Below are positions 8,832 through 19,600 of a stretch of DNA of 64,000 nt, piece by piece; position 1 is the first letter of the stretch; every line of letters starts with the position of its first letter. Origin of the DNA: an uncultured Deinococcaceae bacterium (GTDB lineage Bacteria > Deinococcota > Deinococci > Deinococcales > Deinococcaceae). The position numbers and the translations under genes were made by a program. The notes below the pieces were generated by a model that saw only the letters and a list, made by a program, of their open reading frames with translations, made no database searches and was not told the DNA's origin. The DNA lies in NCBI GenBank assembly GCA_964252075.1, contig CAXULY010000010.1, positions 64,327-128,326 of the forward strand. Direction: 5' to 3'.

Positions 8832-9955
8832 TGAACCGCAAGTACTTCTTCCTCGGCGCGTTGAGCGCCGCCCTCGCGTCCGCGCCCCGCGCCGGTCGCA
8901 CCGGCACCCTCGACCTGCGTGACCTGCAGAACATCACGAACCAGACCGTGCCGCAGTACGGCCTCGCGGACGTGCAGGCCGCCGTGCAGAACGAGCTCGC
9001 CATCCACAACGGGCTGTACCAGGATATGGTGGCGAACCTCGCGGCGCCCGTCCCGGACCGCCAGCTCGCGGACGCGAGCGGGCAGCTGCTGGACGGCACC
9101 ATGCAGGAAGTGGACGAGTACGGCCGCGTCCGCACGCAGAAGCCCGGTCCCGTCGGGAAGGTCGGCTTCCCCCTGCGCCGCTACCAGTTCGGCATCGGCT
9201 TCACCGGGGACTACCTGCAGACGGCGACGCCCGCGCAGGTCGCGACCGCCACGCAGAACGCGCAGGCCGCGCACCGCCGCCAGCTCATCACGAGCGTCCG
9301 CAACGCGCTGTTCAGCCCCGTGAACTACACCTTCGCGGACTTCCTGACGGACAACATGGAGATCCCCGTGAAGGCGCTGTACAACGGCGACGGCACCGCG
9401 CCCACCATGGGCCCGAACGCCGAGGTGTTCGACGGGACGCACAACCACTACCTCGCGTTCACGAGCTTCACCAGCGCGGGCCTGGATGCGCTCATCAACA
9501 CGGTTGCGGAACACACGAACAACGCCGCCATCGAGGTGTACATCAACGTGGCGGACGAGACGGCCGTCCGCGGCTTCACGGGCTTCACGCCCGCCCTCGA
9601 CTCGCAGATCATCGTGGCGCAGGGCACCGCAATGACCGTGCAGCGCCTCGACACCGGGCGGCAGAACAACCGCCTCATCGGGCGGTACCGCGGCGCGGAC
9701 ATCTACGTGAAGTCGTGGGTGTACAGCCACTACGCCGTCGCGGTGGACACGAACGCCGCCGTGAAGCCCCTGGGCCTGCGTGAGCCCACGAACGCGGCCC
9801 TGCGCGGCCTGCGCATGGTGGGCAGCATCATCACCTTCCCGCTGCAGAGCGAGTACTGGGGCGCGGAGTTCGGCATGGGCGCCCGCAACCGCAGCGCCGC
9901 CGCCGTCGCGCAGTTCAACGCGGCGCAGGCCGGCACGTACCAGGACCCCACCTGA
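8831..9955 (+). CDS. Major capsid protein
   Basis: 374 aa, position, strongly biased codons. Confidence 0.85.
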   Translation: MNRKYFFLGALSAALASAPRAGRTGTLDLRDLQNITNQTVPQYGLADVQAAVQNELAIHNGLYQDMVANLAAPVPDRQLADASGQLLDGTMQEVDEYGRVRTQKPGPVGKVGFPLRRYQFGIGFTGDYLQTATPAQVATATQNAQAAHRRQLITSVRNALFSPVNYTFADFLTDNMEIPVKALYNGDGTAPTMGPNAEVFDGTHNHYLAFTSFTSAGLDALINTVAEHTNNAAIEVYINVADETAVRGFTGFTPALDSQIIVAQGTAMTVQRLDTGRQNNRLIGRYRGADIYVKSWVYSHYAVAVDTNAAVKPLGLREPTNAALRGLRMVGSIITFPLQSEYWGAEFGMGARNRSAAAVAQFNAAQAGTYQDPT

Positions 9956-9970
9956 GAGGAGCAGTGAATC

Positions 9971-10246
9971 ATGCCTGACGAAGTGAAGTTCATCAAGGAC
10001 GGGCGCCTCGTGGACCCGAACGGCAAGGATCTCGGCGCCGCACCGACCCCGAACAGCGAACCCGCGAAGACCAGCGACGACGGGCGCGGCACGCCGCCGC
10101 TTGACCCGGGCACTCCGCCGCAGGCTCCTGAGGACACCCGGACCGTCGCGGAACTCAAGGCCGCGCTGGACGCGAAGGGCGTGCAGTACGACCAGAACGC
10201 GAAGAAGGCCGACCTGCAGGCCCTCGCCGCCGAACACAGCGCGTAA
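9971..10246 (+). CDS. HeH/LEM-domain protein
   Basis: TVAELKAALDAKGVQYDQNAKKADLQAL. Confidence 0.8.
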   Translation: MPDEVKFIKDGRLVDPNGKDLGAAPTPNSEPAKTSDDGRGTPPLDPGTPPQAPEDTRTVAELKAALDAKGVQYDQNAKKADLQALAAEHSA

Positions 10247-10258
10247 GGGAGGCCCACC

Positions 10259-10621
10259 ATGCCCCTGGATGACGCGCAACTCGCGCAACTGCGGGTGCTG
10301 GTCGGGCCGTCCGCGTGGACGTACCACCTGAAGATGCCCCCGGACCAGCAGGCGAACGTGGGCGCCACCTTCGACGTGCTGCAGAGCATTCCCCTGGTGG
10401 CCGCCGAGGTGCTGGAGGCGGCAGGAAACGCCATGCAGGGCAGCGCGGACCCGCAGGTGAAGAAGGACGTGACGGGGCCACTCGAAACGGAGTACTTCCA
10501 GGCGGCCAGCGGTCCCGGCAACGCGTGGCTGCTGCGCGCGAACATGCTGCGCGCCCAAGTCAAATCTGACGCGGCGAAACGGGCGTACAGCCAGAGCGTC
10601 GCTGTGGAGGCGGTCTTCTGA
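10259..10621 (+). CDS. Head-tail connector (adaptor)
   Basis: Position; VKKDVTGPLETEY motif. Confidence 0.7.
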   Translation: MPLDDAQLAQLRVLVGPSAWTYHLKMPPDQQANVGATFDVLQSIPLVAAEVLEAAGNAMQGSADPQVKKDVTGPLETEYFQAASGPGNAWLLRANMLRAQVKSDAAKRAYSQSVAVEAVF

Positions 10622-11028
10622 CCGGGCCCGGCACGCTCGCGCGGCAAACTCGCATGCGGTCCGGCCTGCTGCGGCGCCTCGCGAACGACGGGCAGGACCT
10701 CCTCATCGCGCGCGCCGGTGACCCCGGGGGGTACGACGAGAACCAGGAGCCCATCCCCGGCCCCGCGAACGCCGTGAGTGTGCGCGGCATCCTGTACCAA
10801 CTGGACGCGCAGGAGGCGGGCGCGCGGGGCGCGCAGGTGGGCGTGCCGCTGTGGGAGGCCATCCTCCCGTGGTACGCGCCCGTGCGGGAGCCCGGCTTCA
10901 CCATTGAGCGCCTCGTGAACGGCGTGACGGAGGTGTTCAACCCCATCGGCGTCGCGCAGGATTACGGGGATCAGGGTGTCGCGTGGAGCCTCACGCTCAG
11001 CGCGCCGGACCGCCGTGCCGGGCCTTAG
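10618..11028 (+). CDS. Head closure protein (possible CTG start 10618; alternative ATG 10654)
   Basis: GGAGG 7 nt before a CTGA overlap; position. Confidence 0.65.
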   Translation: MTGPGTLARQTRMRSGLLRRLANDGQDLLIARAGDPGGYDENQEPIPGPANAVSVRGILYQLDAQEAGARGAQVGVPLWEAILPWYAPVREPGFTIERLVNGVTEVFNPIGVAQDYGDQGVAWSLTLSAPDRRAGP

Positions 11029-11407
11029 CGCGCTGGGCCGCGCGCGGATCCGGGCGTACCTCGCGCAGCAGCTGCAGCAGGGCGCGGCGGGTGGCGCCGA
11101 GGCGCTGCGTGACGCCCTGAGCCGCCCAGGCAGTGGCGTGCAGTACGCCGGGCAGCCCAACCCGTCCAGCACGCCGGACGAGTACAGCGCCGAGCAGTCC
11201 GGCGACCTCCAGCGCGCCGTGGAGAGCGCCACCACCGGCCCCCTGTCCGCCGCGTTCGGCTTCGGGGTGAACGGCGGCGAGATCCCGCCACAAGCGGTAT
11301 TCCAGGAGTTCCGGCCCATCAGCGCGGGCGGCCGCGCGAACCTCGCGAAGGCCGTGCACGACCCCGTCATCCAGGAGGCCGTGCGCGTGGGCCTCAGGAA
11401 GGGGTGA
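11015..11407 (+). CDS. Neck/tail-completion protein (HK97 gp10-like position)
   Basis: SGDLQRAV motif; gene order. Confidence 0.6.
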   Translation: MPGLSALGRARIRAYLAQQLQQGAAGGAEALRDALSRPGSGVQYAGQPNPSSTPDEYSAEQSGDLQRAVESATTGPLSAAFGFGVNGGEIPPQAVFQEFRPISAGGRANLAKAVHDPVIQEAVRVGLRKG

Positions 11408-11408
11408 C

Positions 11409-11804
11409 GTGACGACCATCCACGAGGCGCTGCGGGCCCTGCCCGCACTCGGGAACCGCGTGTACACCCGCGAGCCGGACGCCGCCCCCCTCGAACCGTA
11501 CGCGGTCGTGGAGGCGGTGAGCGCGGGCGTCGTGCTGCCCCTGCACGAGGACGCGCACGGGCGGGCGCGGGACCTCACGAGCACCACGGTGCGCGTCGCG
11601 TTGTACGGCCCGGCGCAGGGGGAGCCGGGCAGCCTGCAGGACCTCTTCCGGGCGGCGAAGGACGCGCGCTGGAGCGTAGACGCCCACCCGGGCCTGCGCG
11701 GCTGCGGGCGCGCCACGCTCGGCCCGGCCCTCCCGCCCGTCTACGACCGAGACGCGAAGCGGCCGTTCGCCAGCCTTCAATTCAGCCTCACCAGCCAGGA
11801 GTGA
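11409..11804 (+). CDS. Tail terminator protein
   Basis: RVY..EP....PYAV motif; gene order. Confidence 0.65.
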   Translation: MTTIHEALRALPALGNRVYTREPDAAPLEPYAVVEAVSAGVVLPLHEDAHGRARDLTSTTVRVALYGPAQGEPGSLQDLFRAAKDARWSVDAHPGLRGCGRATLGPALPPVYDRDAKRPFASLQFSLTSQE

Positions 11805-11806
11805 CC

Positions 11807-12040
11807 ATGAGCAAGGAACCCGAGAAGAAGCCCGACACCACCCCGCCGGCCGACACCGAGAAGACCGGCAGGAAGGTCGCGGAGAAGATCACCTGGGCCA
11901 CCGAGCAGGGCGGGGACTTCCTGCGCGTGATCGGCACGTACCAGGACCACCAGAAAAGCACGGTGGCCGAAAGCGAAGACGCAGGCAAAGCCGCCATCAC
12001 CGCCGCGTTCCGCGCGGAATACCCCAAGGAGGGCCTCTAA
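11807..12040 (+). CDS. Hypothetical protein
   Basis: AGGAG SD; typical codon use. Confidence 0.65.
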   Translation: MSKEPEKKPDTTPPADTEKTGRKVAEKITWATEQGGDFLRVIGTYQDHQKSTVAESEDAGKAAITAAFRAEYPKEGL

Positions 12041-12523
12041 ATGCCGATCGCTGACCCCACGTGGGATCCGAACATCGTCGCCGGTACCCGCCGCGCCGCG
12101 AAGCTGGAGCTGTGCTTCATCCCCACCGCCACGCCCCTCGTGTGGGACCGCGTGCCGAGCGCCAGTGAGCTCGGCGCGCCCACCCCGAACAACAACAACG
12201 CCGAGCTGCCGCTGTTCTACGACGCGAGCGGCAAGGCCGTCACGCTGCGCGCCATCACCGAGAACGGTGGCAGCATGCAGTTCTCGACCGCCGCGCCCGC
12301 CAGCAACGCCGTCGTCATCAAGATGTACAGCAAGGTGAACTACTCGACGGACGCGCAGCGCGGGAACCTGCTGTGGCGCTACACCGCCGCGGACGGCCGC
12401 GTGGACCAGGGCCAGGGCCTGCTCACCTACCGAGGTGAGATGGGCAGCGTGAACGACATCCCGCAGCTCGGCTGGACCATCGAGATCAGCCGCGGCGACT
12501 ACAACGTGCAGCCCACCAGCTGA
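12041..12523 (+). CDS. Major tail (tube) protein
   Basis: 160 aa beta-rich, before tail chaperones; AGGAGG SD. Confidence 0.7.
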   Translation: MPIADPTWDPNIVAGTRRAAKLELCFIPTATPLVWDRVPSASELGAPTPNNNNAELPLFYDASGKAVTLRAITENGGSMQFSTAAPASNAVVIKMYSKVNYSTDAQRGNLLWRYTAADGRVDQGQGLLTYRGEMGSVNDIPQLGWTIEISRGDYNVQPTS

Positions 12524-12525
12524 AC

Positions 12526-12765
12526 ATGCTGGACCGCGTGGAGCTCACCCGCCGGGGGAAGACCGTTCTGGTCGCCTTCGGCGTGACCCTCGCGGGCGGC
12601 ACGCTCACCGCCCAGGCCTTTTACGTGCCTGGGCGGGTGCGGGCCGGAACCCGCGCCAAACACGAGAAGCTCATTTTTGCGGTGGACGCGTTCAACCCGG
12701 CAAAGGAAACGCCGGGGGGGCGCGGCCTGTACTGGAAGGGCCTGATCCTGCATGGAACTCATTAA
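12526..12765 (+). CDS. Hypothetical protein
   Basis: Fills the gap between tube and chaperone genes. Confidence 0.5.
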   Translation: MLDRVELTRRGKTVLVAFGVTLAGGTLTAQAFYVPGRVRAGTRAKHEKLIFAVDAFNPAKETPGGRGLYWKGLILHGTH

Positions 12766-13078
12766 GGTCGTCGCGGGTCGTTCCAGCGACCACATCACCC
12801 TCGGGGGCGTGGAGTTCGAGGCCGCGCCCCTCATGATTCGCGAGTACGGCGAGTGGCTGGCCCTCGGCGACGCCGACGGTGGGCGCTCACTCGACGCCCG
12901 CGCGGAGTTCCTCGCCGAGAAGCTTCGCAAGCGCGTGAAAGGCACCAAGACGGACCCGGCCACCATCACGGCCGAATGGATCATGGACAACGTGCCGATC
13001 AGCATGCTCAACACGCTGGAGCACCTGTTCATCCACGGGGAGTTGCCCGCCAAGGGTGGTGGGACCCCAAAACCGTAA
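12752..13078 (+). CDS. Tail assembly chaperone (G-like)
   Basis: Ends at the slippery site C CCA AAA (13066-13072). Confidence 0.8.
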   Translation: MELIKVVAGRSSDHITLGGVEFEAAPLMIREYGEWLALGDADGGRSLDARAEFLAEKLRKRVKGTKTDPATITAEWIMDNVPISMLNTLEHLFIHGELPAKGGGTPKP

Positions 13079-13596
13079 CGGAGGGTGAGCTGGAGGACAT
13101 GATCGCGGACGTGATCGGCGTGACCGGCTGGACGTACCCGCAGATCGGCGAGATGACCATGCCGCAGCTTCAGCTCACCCTCCGCAAGCGCGGCCGGATC
13201 CTGTGGCCGCGCGTGGAGCCCATGCAGCGGTACGCCTTCAGCAAGATCAGCAGCGAACCCGTGAAGGAAGGTCAGCCCAGCCCCATTCAGGAGATCATCC
13301 AGGCGCACACGCTGGCGCGGCAGCTCGCGCAGAAGGGCCTGAAGCCCCTCCCGAGCGACAAGGAGCGTGAGCGCGCGCACGCCTACCGCATCGTGAACGC
13401 CGCGTACCTCGGCGACCCGGACGCCCCGCAGGACGCGACCCTCGCGCCGGAAGCGGAACCCATCCCGGGCATGGCCGCCGCGACCGCGCGAGGCCTCCTG
13501 GGCGCCGCGCGGGACGGCCTGCTGCCGGATGACGTGTGGGCGGAGGACCTCGCACCGCTGCTGCACCGCCTGAACGCCACGGCGCTTCGGGACTGA
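13072..13596 (+). CDS. Tail assembly chaperone -1 frameshift extension (T-like)
   Basis: The -1 frame continues TVTEGELEDM... to the stop at 13596. Confidence 0.75.
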   Translation, partial: TVTEGELEDMIADVIGVTGWTYPQIGEMTMPQLQLTLRKRGRILWPRVEPMQRYAFSKISSEPVKEGQPSPIQEIIQAHTLARQLAQKGLKPLPSDKERERAHAYRIVNAAYLGDPDAPQDATLAPEAEPIPGMAAATARGLLGAARDGLLPDDVWAEDLAPLLHRLNATALRD

Positions 13597-13609
13597 AGAA
13601 CACGAGACC

Positions 13610-13630
13610 ACCCGCCCCGCGCGGGTTTTT
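13610..13630 (+). terminator. Short intrinsic terminator before the tape measure gene
   Basis: ACCCGC-loop-GCGGGT then TTTT. Confidence 0.5.
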
Positions 13631-13655
13631 GGCTGGACCCCAAAGGGGGTGAAGC

Positions 13656-16600
13656 ATGGCAGAGATCCTGAACGTGGGCGCGTTCGGCGTCGGCGTGGAG
13701 GTCGAGCAGGCCTCCCTCGCCGCCGCCGAGGCGCTCCTCCACCAGCGCCTCACAAAGGGCGTACAGTTGCCCGTCGGCATCGACACAAAAGCCGCCGAGA
13801 CGCAGCTCGGGCGTTTCCGCTCGCAGGTGGAGACCCTCAAGCGCGACCTGGCGGGCCTGAACCTCACGGGCCTCACCAGCAAGCTGGGCGGCAGCAAGGC
13901 CTTCGGGGACCTCGCGCAGGCGCGCGAGCAGATCAAGGGCCTGGAGATGACCTGGGAGGAACTCGGCGCGGTCGTGAACGCCACCACCCAGCAGGAAGTG
14001 CAGGGGTACAAGCGGGTGGGCGCGGAGGCCAGCAACTACCGCAACACCCTGCAGCTGAACCTGCGCCTCCAGGGCCAGGTGCAGCGCGAGGCGATGGGCG
14101 GCGCCGCCGCGCTCCGCCAGGAAGCGAACGCCCTGCGCAACATGTGGCAGAACGGCATGGACGAAGGGGCCGTCCTGGCGGGCATGCAGCGCCTGAACAC
14201 CCTCGCCGGGCAGAACATCGCGGTGATCGAGAAGCAGGTCGCCGCGCTGCGCGAGAAGGGCCAGACCGAGGCGGGCCTCACGGCGCGCGAGGAGCAGCAG
14301 CTGCGCGGCCTGATCGCCCTGCAGAACAGCTACAGCGGCGCCCTGAAGACCACCGCCAGCACCATGAACACCATCAACGGCGTGATCACGCGCGGAAGCC
14401 TCGCGGCGGGCGTGAGCGCCGGGTACCGGGACGCTGCGGCGGGCGTGAAGCTGCTGGGTGACCAGCTGAAGGGCAACCAGATCACGCAGGCGGAGTACGA
14501 CCTGCGCATCCGGGGCACCATCACCAGCCTGCAGGGCGAGGTGGCGGCCATCCGCGCGAACATCACTGCGCAGCAGGAGCGCATCGCGAGCCTGCGCGCC
14601 GCCGGGCAGAGCGATGCCGCCGAGGTGACGCAGCTGGAGCGCCTGCAGGCGGCCCTGCGGTCCTACACCGCGACGCTCGGCACCGCGACGGCCGCGCAGC
14701 AGCGCAACAACGCCACGCGCGCCGGGGCGTTCAACGCGGGCGCGGGCATGAGCGGCAAGCTGAACGGCGCGGCCCTCGGCCTGAGCTTCGTGTCCCCCGA
14801 GGCGGGCATGGTGGCCAGCATGGCCGCGATGGGGCCCGCGACGGCCGCCATGGCGGGCCTGGGCGTCGCCGTGGCGGGCGTGGTGCACCTCACCAAAGAC
14901 GGCCAGACCGAAGCGAAGAGGCTTCAGCAGGCCTACCTGGTCATGAGCGCGAACGGCATCAAGAACCTCGACCAGATCAATGCGAGCCTCGACAGCATCA
15001 TCCAGAACGGCTCGCAGGCCGAGAAGATGTTCAGCAAGTCGGAGCTGGCCGGGTCCCTCGCGGAACTCGCGCGCGGCGGCGTGCGCGGCGCGGACGCGCT
15101 CACCACCCTGAAGACCAGCACGCAGCTCGCCGCGGCGGAGCACATCAAGCTGAACGTCGCGACCGAGCGCCTGTACGCAAACCTGCAGCACCTCGATCTG
15201 GGCTCGGACTCCGCCGCGATGTTCGGCGACAAGCTCGCCCGGGCGTCCCACATGAGCCTCGCGAGCATGGACAACCTGTCGCGCGGCATCAACGTGCTGG
15301 GCGCCACGGCGCACCAGATGGACTTCACGCTCGACGAGATGCTCGCCATGCTGGTGGCCGCCGCGAAGAAAGGCATGGATCCCGCCACCATCGGCGCGAC
15401 CGGCCTGCGCAACGCCATGCAGAAGGTGCTGACCCCCTCGAAGGAAGCGGGGGTCATCTACGAGGAGCTCGGCGTCAAGATGCGCGACTCCACCGGGCAC
15501 ATGCGGTCCGGGCGGGACATCATGATGGACCTGCAGCACGTGTTCAGCACCACCGAGCCCGTGTACAACAAGCTCACCGGCACGCTCATCACGAAGACGG
15601 ACCTGGCGCGCATGGCCTTCCAGATCTTCGGGACGCGCAGCGCCACGGCGTTCCTGTCCATCCTGGGGAACATTGGGGACCTGACGCACGAGATCCAGGA
15701 CAGCGAAGGCTTCCTGAACCACTACTCCGGCGAGGTCGTGTCCGGCCTGGAGGGCGCGCAGAAGCGCCTGGACGCCGCCACGAAGAACCTCAGCCTGAGC
15801 TTCTCGAAGACCTTCACGCCCGCCATGGCGGGGGCCACGGAGGCCCTCGCGACGTTCATGAGTCAGCAGGTGGTGCCCGCCGTCACGAAACTGACGGAGT
15901 TCTTCAACCTGCTGGACGGCAAGCACGCGAACGAAATCAACGCCGTGCTGACCATCAAGGCGGGGGACAGCAGCACCGAGCAGACCCTGAAGATGCTGGG
16001 TGGGCAGATCGTCAAGCTCAACGCCTTCGGGGACAACGCCTCGAAGATGAACGAGGCAAACAGCGTCGTGCAGCAGCTCATCAACGCGGGCGTGCTGAAG
16101 GGGCAGGCGTTCGGCGGGCTCGGCATCGACCCCAAGAGCGGCAAGCTGAACCTCAGCGGCGAGGGCGGCCTCGCCAGCACCGATCAGGTGAAGTGGGTCG
16201 CGGACCACCTGGAGTACTACCGCAAGATGCTGGAGGACGTGAAGCGCAGCCAGCAGGCCACCGGGCCGGACGGCGTGCAGCACGTCACCATGAACGCCTA
16301 CGCGAACGCCGGAGCGCAGGGCGGGGACGCCCTCACGAAGGCCTTCATCGGGAAGGTCACCAGCACCGTGGTGGGCGACCCGAAGATCAACGCGTGGTGC
16401 GCGGACGTCGCCAGCCGCATCCTCACGGGCCTCGGGTACCACCTGACGTACAGCAACAACGCCCGGCAGCTGGAGAAGAACGTGCGCGCGGCGGGCGGGC
16501 AGGTCATCAACCCGAAAGACGCCCGGCAGGGCGACGTGGTCTTCTACCACGGCATCGACCCCAGCACGAAGCGGCCGTACGGCTCGACGAGCGGCACGCA

Positions 16601-19600
16601 CGTCGAGGTCGTCGCGGGCTTCGAGCACGGCCGCATGATGCTCGTCGGGTCGAACGGCATCAACGGCAGCCGCGCCGTCACGCAAAAGCCCTTCTACGAC
16701 CCCACGCAGGCCACCATCTACCGCCTGCCGGGCACCGTCGCGGGCGCCAAGGGCAACCCCGCCCCGCCGCCCGAGCACGACCCGCACGCCCCGAACCCGA
16801 AGAACCAGCTGCAGGCCGACCAGGCGCAGGGCCTGCGCCTGATTCACCAGTATGTGCTCGCCATGCAGAGCGGCAGCAACGCCTGGCAGAGCAGCGCGAA
16901 GTCCGCCCTGGACGCCTTCCGCAAGAACTACAAGACCGCCTGGGCGGGCATCGCGGACGATTACCAGAAGGCCATCAAGGTCCTGAAGCCCCCGAAGGTG
17001 AAGGTGAAGCCCGGCGATTACAACCTCAGCGACGCGGACTGGGCGAAGCTGCGCGGGCAGGCGATGGAACTCGCGAAGCTGCAGGACCAGCTGGACGGCG
17101 GCAAGCTCGGCGAGTCCGCAGGCCTCGCCGCGAAACGGCGCATCGCGACCTTCCAGGGCGGCGGGGACGCACGGCGCGCCGCGCTCTCCTACGCCTCCGA
17201 CCTGCTCCACAACAAACCGAAAGCCAGCGATTACAGCCTCACGGACGCCGACTGGGCGAAGCTCAAGGGTCAGGCGACCGAGCTGGCGCGACTCCAGGAC
17301 CAGCTGAGCAACGGGAAGCTCAGCGAGGGCGCGGCCCTCGACGCGAAGCGCCGCATCGCGGACTTCCAGGGCGAGAGCCGCGCGCGGCAGGCGGCCTTCC
17401 AGTTCGCGACGGACCTCCTGCAGCAGCAGCAGGGGCGCGAGCGCGAGAACGACCAGGACCGCCGTCAGCGCGCCTCCGCGGAGCTCGCGAGCCTCAAGGC
17501 GAACATCCGCGACGCATCCGACGGTCGCCTCCAGGAACTGCAGGCGACCGTCACGGACGGCAAGCAGCGCGCCGTGGTGGAGGAAGAGGTGCAGCGGCGC
17601 ACGAAGGCCGCCCGCAAAAGCACCGCCGAAGCCATCAAGACCGCCACCACCCAGCTCGCGGGCCTCGACAAGGACGCCCGGCAGCAGGAAGTGGACCGCG
17701 CGCAGGACGCCCACACCCACGAGGCGCAGCTGCGCGACGCGGCCCTCAAGGGCGCCGGTGATGACGCGCAGAAGCGCCTCGCCATCGAGGAGGACTACGC
17801 GGGCAAGGTCCGCGCGAAAGCGGAGGCGCTGGCCGCCATTCAGCTCGTGCAGGTCAAACGCAACGCCGAAGCGACGCGGGACGCCGCGATCGCCGCGATT
17901 CCCGCCAGCACCCCCGCGGCCCTGCGGGACCAGCTGATCAACGGGAAGAACGGCATCCTCGCGGTGTTCAACGGCGACGTCAGCAAGGCCTACCGCGCGT
18001 TCTACGCTGGGATGGGCGACGCCAGCAGCGACGCCGCGGGCCGCGTGGAGCACGCCATGGGCGACGTCGCGGACGCCAACCGGCGCGCCGCCGACGAGAG
18101 TTACGCCGCCTGGAAGCGCGTCACGCTGGACAGCGTCGAGCACTTCAGCAACCAGACGCTGCTGCGCCTGTACTCCGAGGCGGCCGAGTCGCGCGATCAG
18201 GACCTGGTGGCGCAGCTGTTCGCGGAGATCGAGCGTCGCCGACAGCAGTTCGGCCTCACGGGCGGCGTGAGCCTCCTCGACATCGACCGGCAGCGGCGCG
18301 AGTTCCGCCAGGCGGGCCAGGAAGCCGTGCCGGTCGAGCAGGGCGCGGAACCCGCGCGGTTCCTGCCGGTGGGCGCGCCGCCCGCCGTGAGCGCCCAGGC
18401 GGAGGCGTTCAGCGAGAACCTCGATCAGGTGCGCAAGCAACTGAAGGACCTCGGCGATCAGTACCGCGCGGGCCTCATCAGCACCGACGACTACGCCAGC
18501 GGCGTTGAGAAGCTCAACGCGCAGCTGTGGGACCTCTACCACAACCTGCAGCGCGCCGGGAACGCGAACGGCGCGGCGCAGGTGCGGGACCTGCTGGGCG
18601 CCAGCCGCTTCCCGCGCGACCTGGCCCCCGCGCCCGTCACGCCCGAAGGGGCGCTGCCGGGCAGCGTGGCGCGCGCGCAGGGCGACCAGGGCGCCATCGA
18701 CGCCCGCACGGGCGCCGCGGTGAAAAGTGCGGCCGCGTTCAGTGAGCAGCTGGACCAGGACCGCCAGCAGCTCGCGCAGTGGGACGCGGACCTCCATGCG
18801 GGCACCCTGAGCCTCCAGGCGTACCAGCAGAACGTGGACGGCCTCCGTCAGCGCCTGTGGGACCTGTACGCCGCCCTGAAGGCCGCCGGGAACACCGCGG
18901 GCGCCGGACAGGTGAAGGCCCTGCTGGGGCCCAGCCAGTTCCCGCGCGACGCCCACCCCGCCCCAGTGGGGAGCGAAACCCTGCCGGGCACCATCGGGGT
19001 GGCGCGCGGCGACCAGACCGCCATCGCGGACGCGCAGGCCCGCAACTTCGCGGACTTCCAGCGGCGCCTCCAGGACGCCGCGCCGATCCTCGCGCACAAC
19101 ACCGACCTGCAACAGCAGTTCGGTGAGTCCCTGCGGCGCACGGCGGACGCCGGGGGCCTCACGGCCAGCCAGCTCGCGGTGCTCGAAGGGCTCCTCACGC
19201 AGCTGGGCGAGGGCACGCAGCACGCCCTCACGCCGCTGGAGCAGGCCGACCAGACCATCAGCGGACTGGTGCAGAAGGGCGCGGACCTGCAGGACAGCTT
19301 CGAGTCGGGCGTCACCTCCAGTGAGGACTACGGGCAGCAGCTCCAGCAGCTGGCCGGTCAGGCGACCCTGTACGCGAAGTCCGCGGAGCGCATGGCGCAG
19401 GCCGCGCGGGACGCGGGGAACAGCGCGGGCGCCGAGCGGTGGGCGCAGCTCGCCGAGGAGTACCGCCACATCGCGCAGGCGGCCCTCGCGGCCGTCCCGG
19501 CCCTCTCGCGGCTGGCCGGGGCCCTCGCGGGCACCCTGGAGGTCGTCGGGGCGCTGCAGAACCTCATGAGCGGTTTCGGCGTCACGGAAGGCAACTTCGT

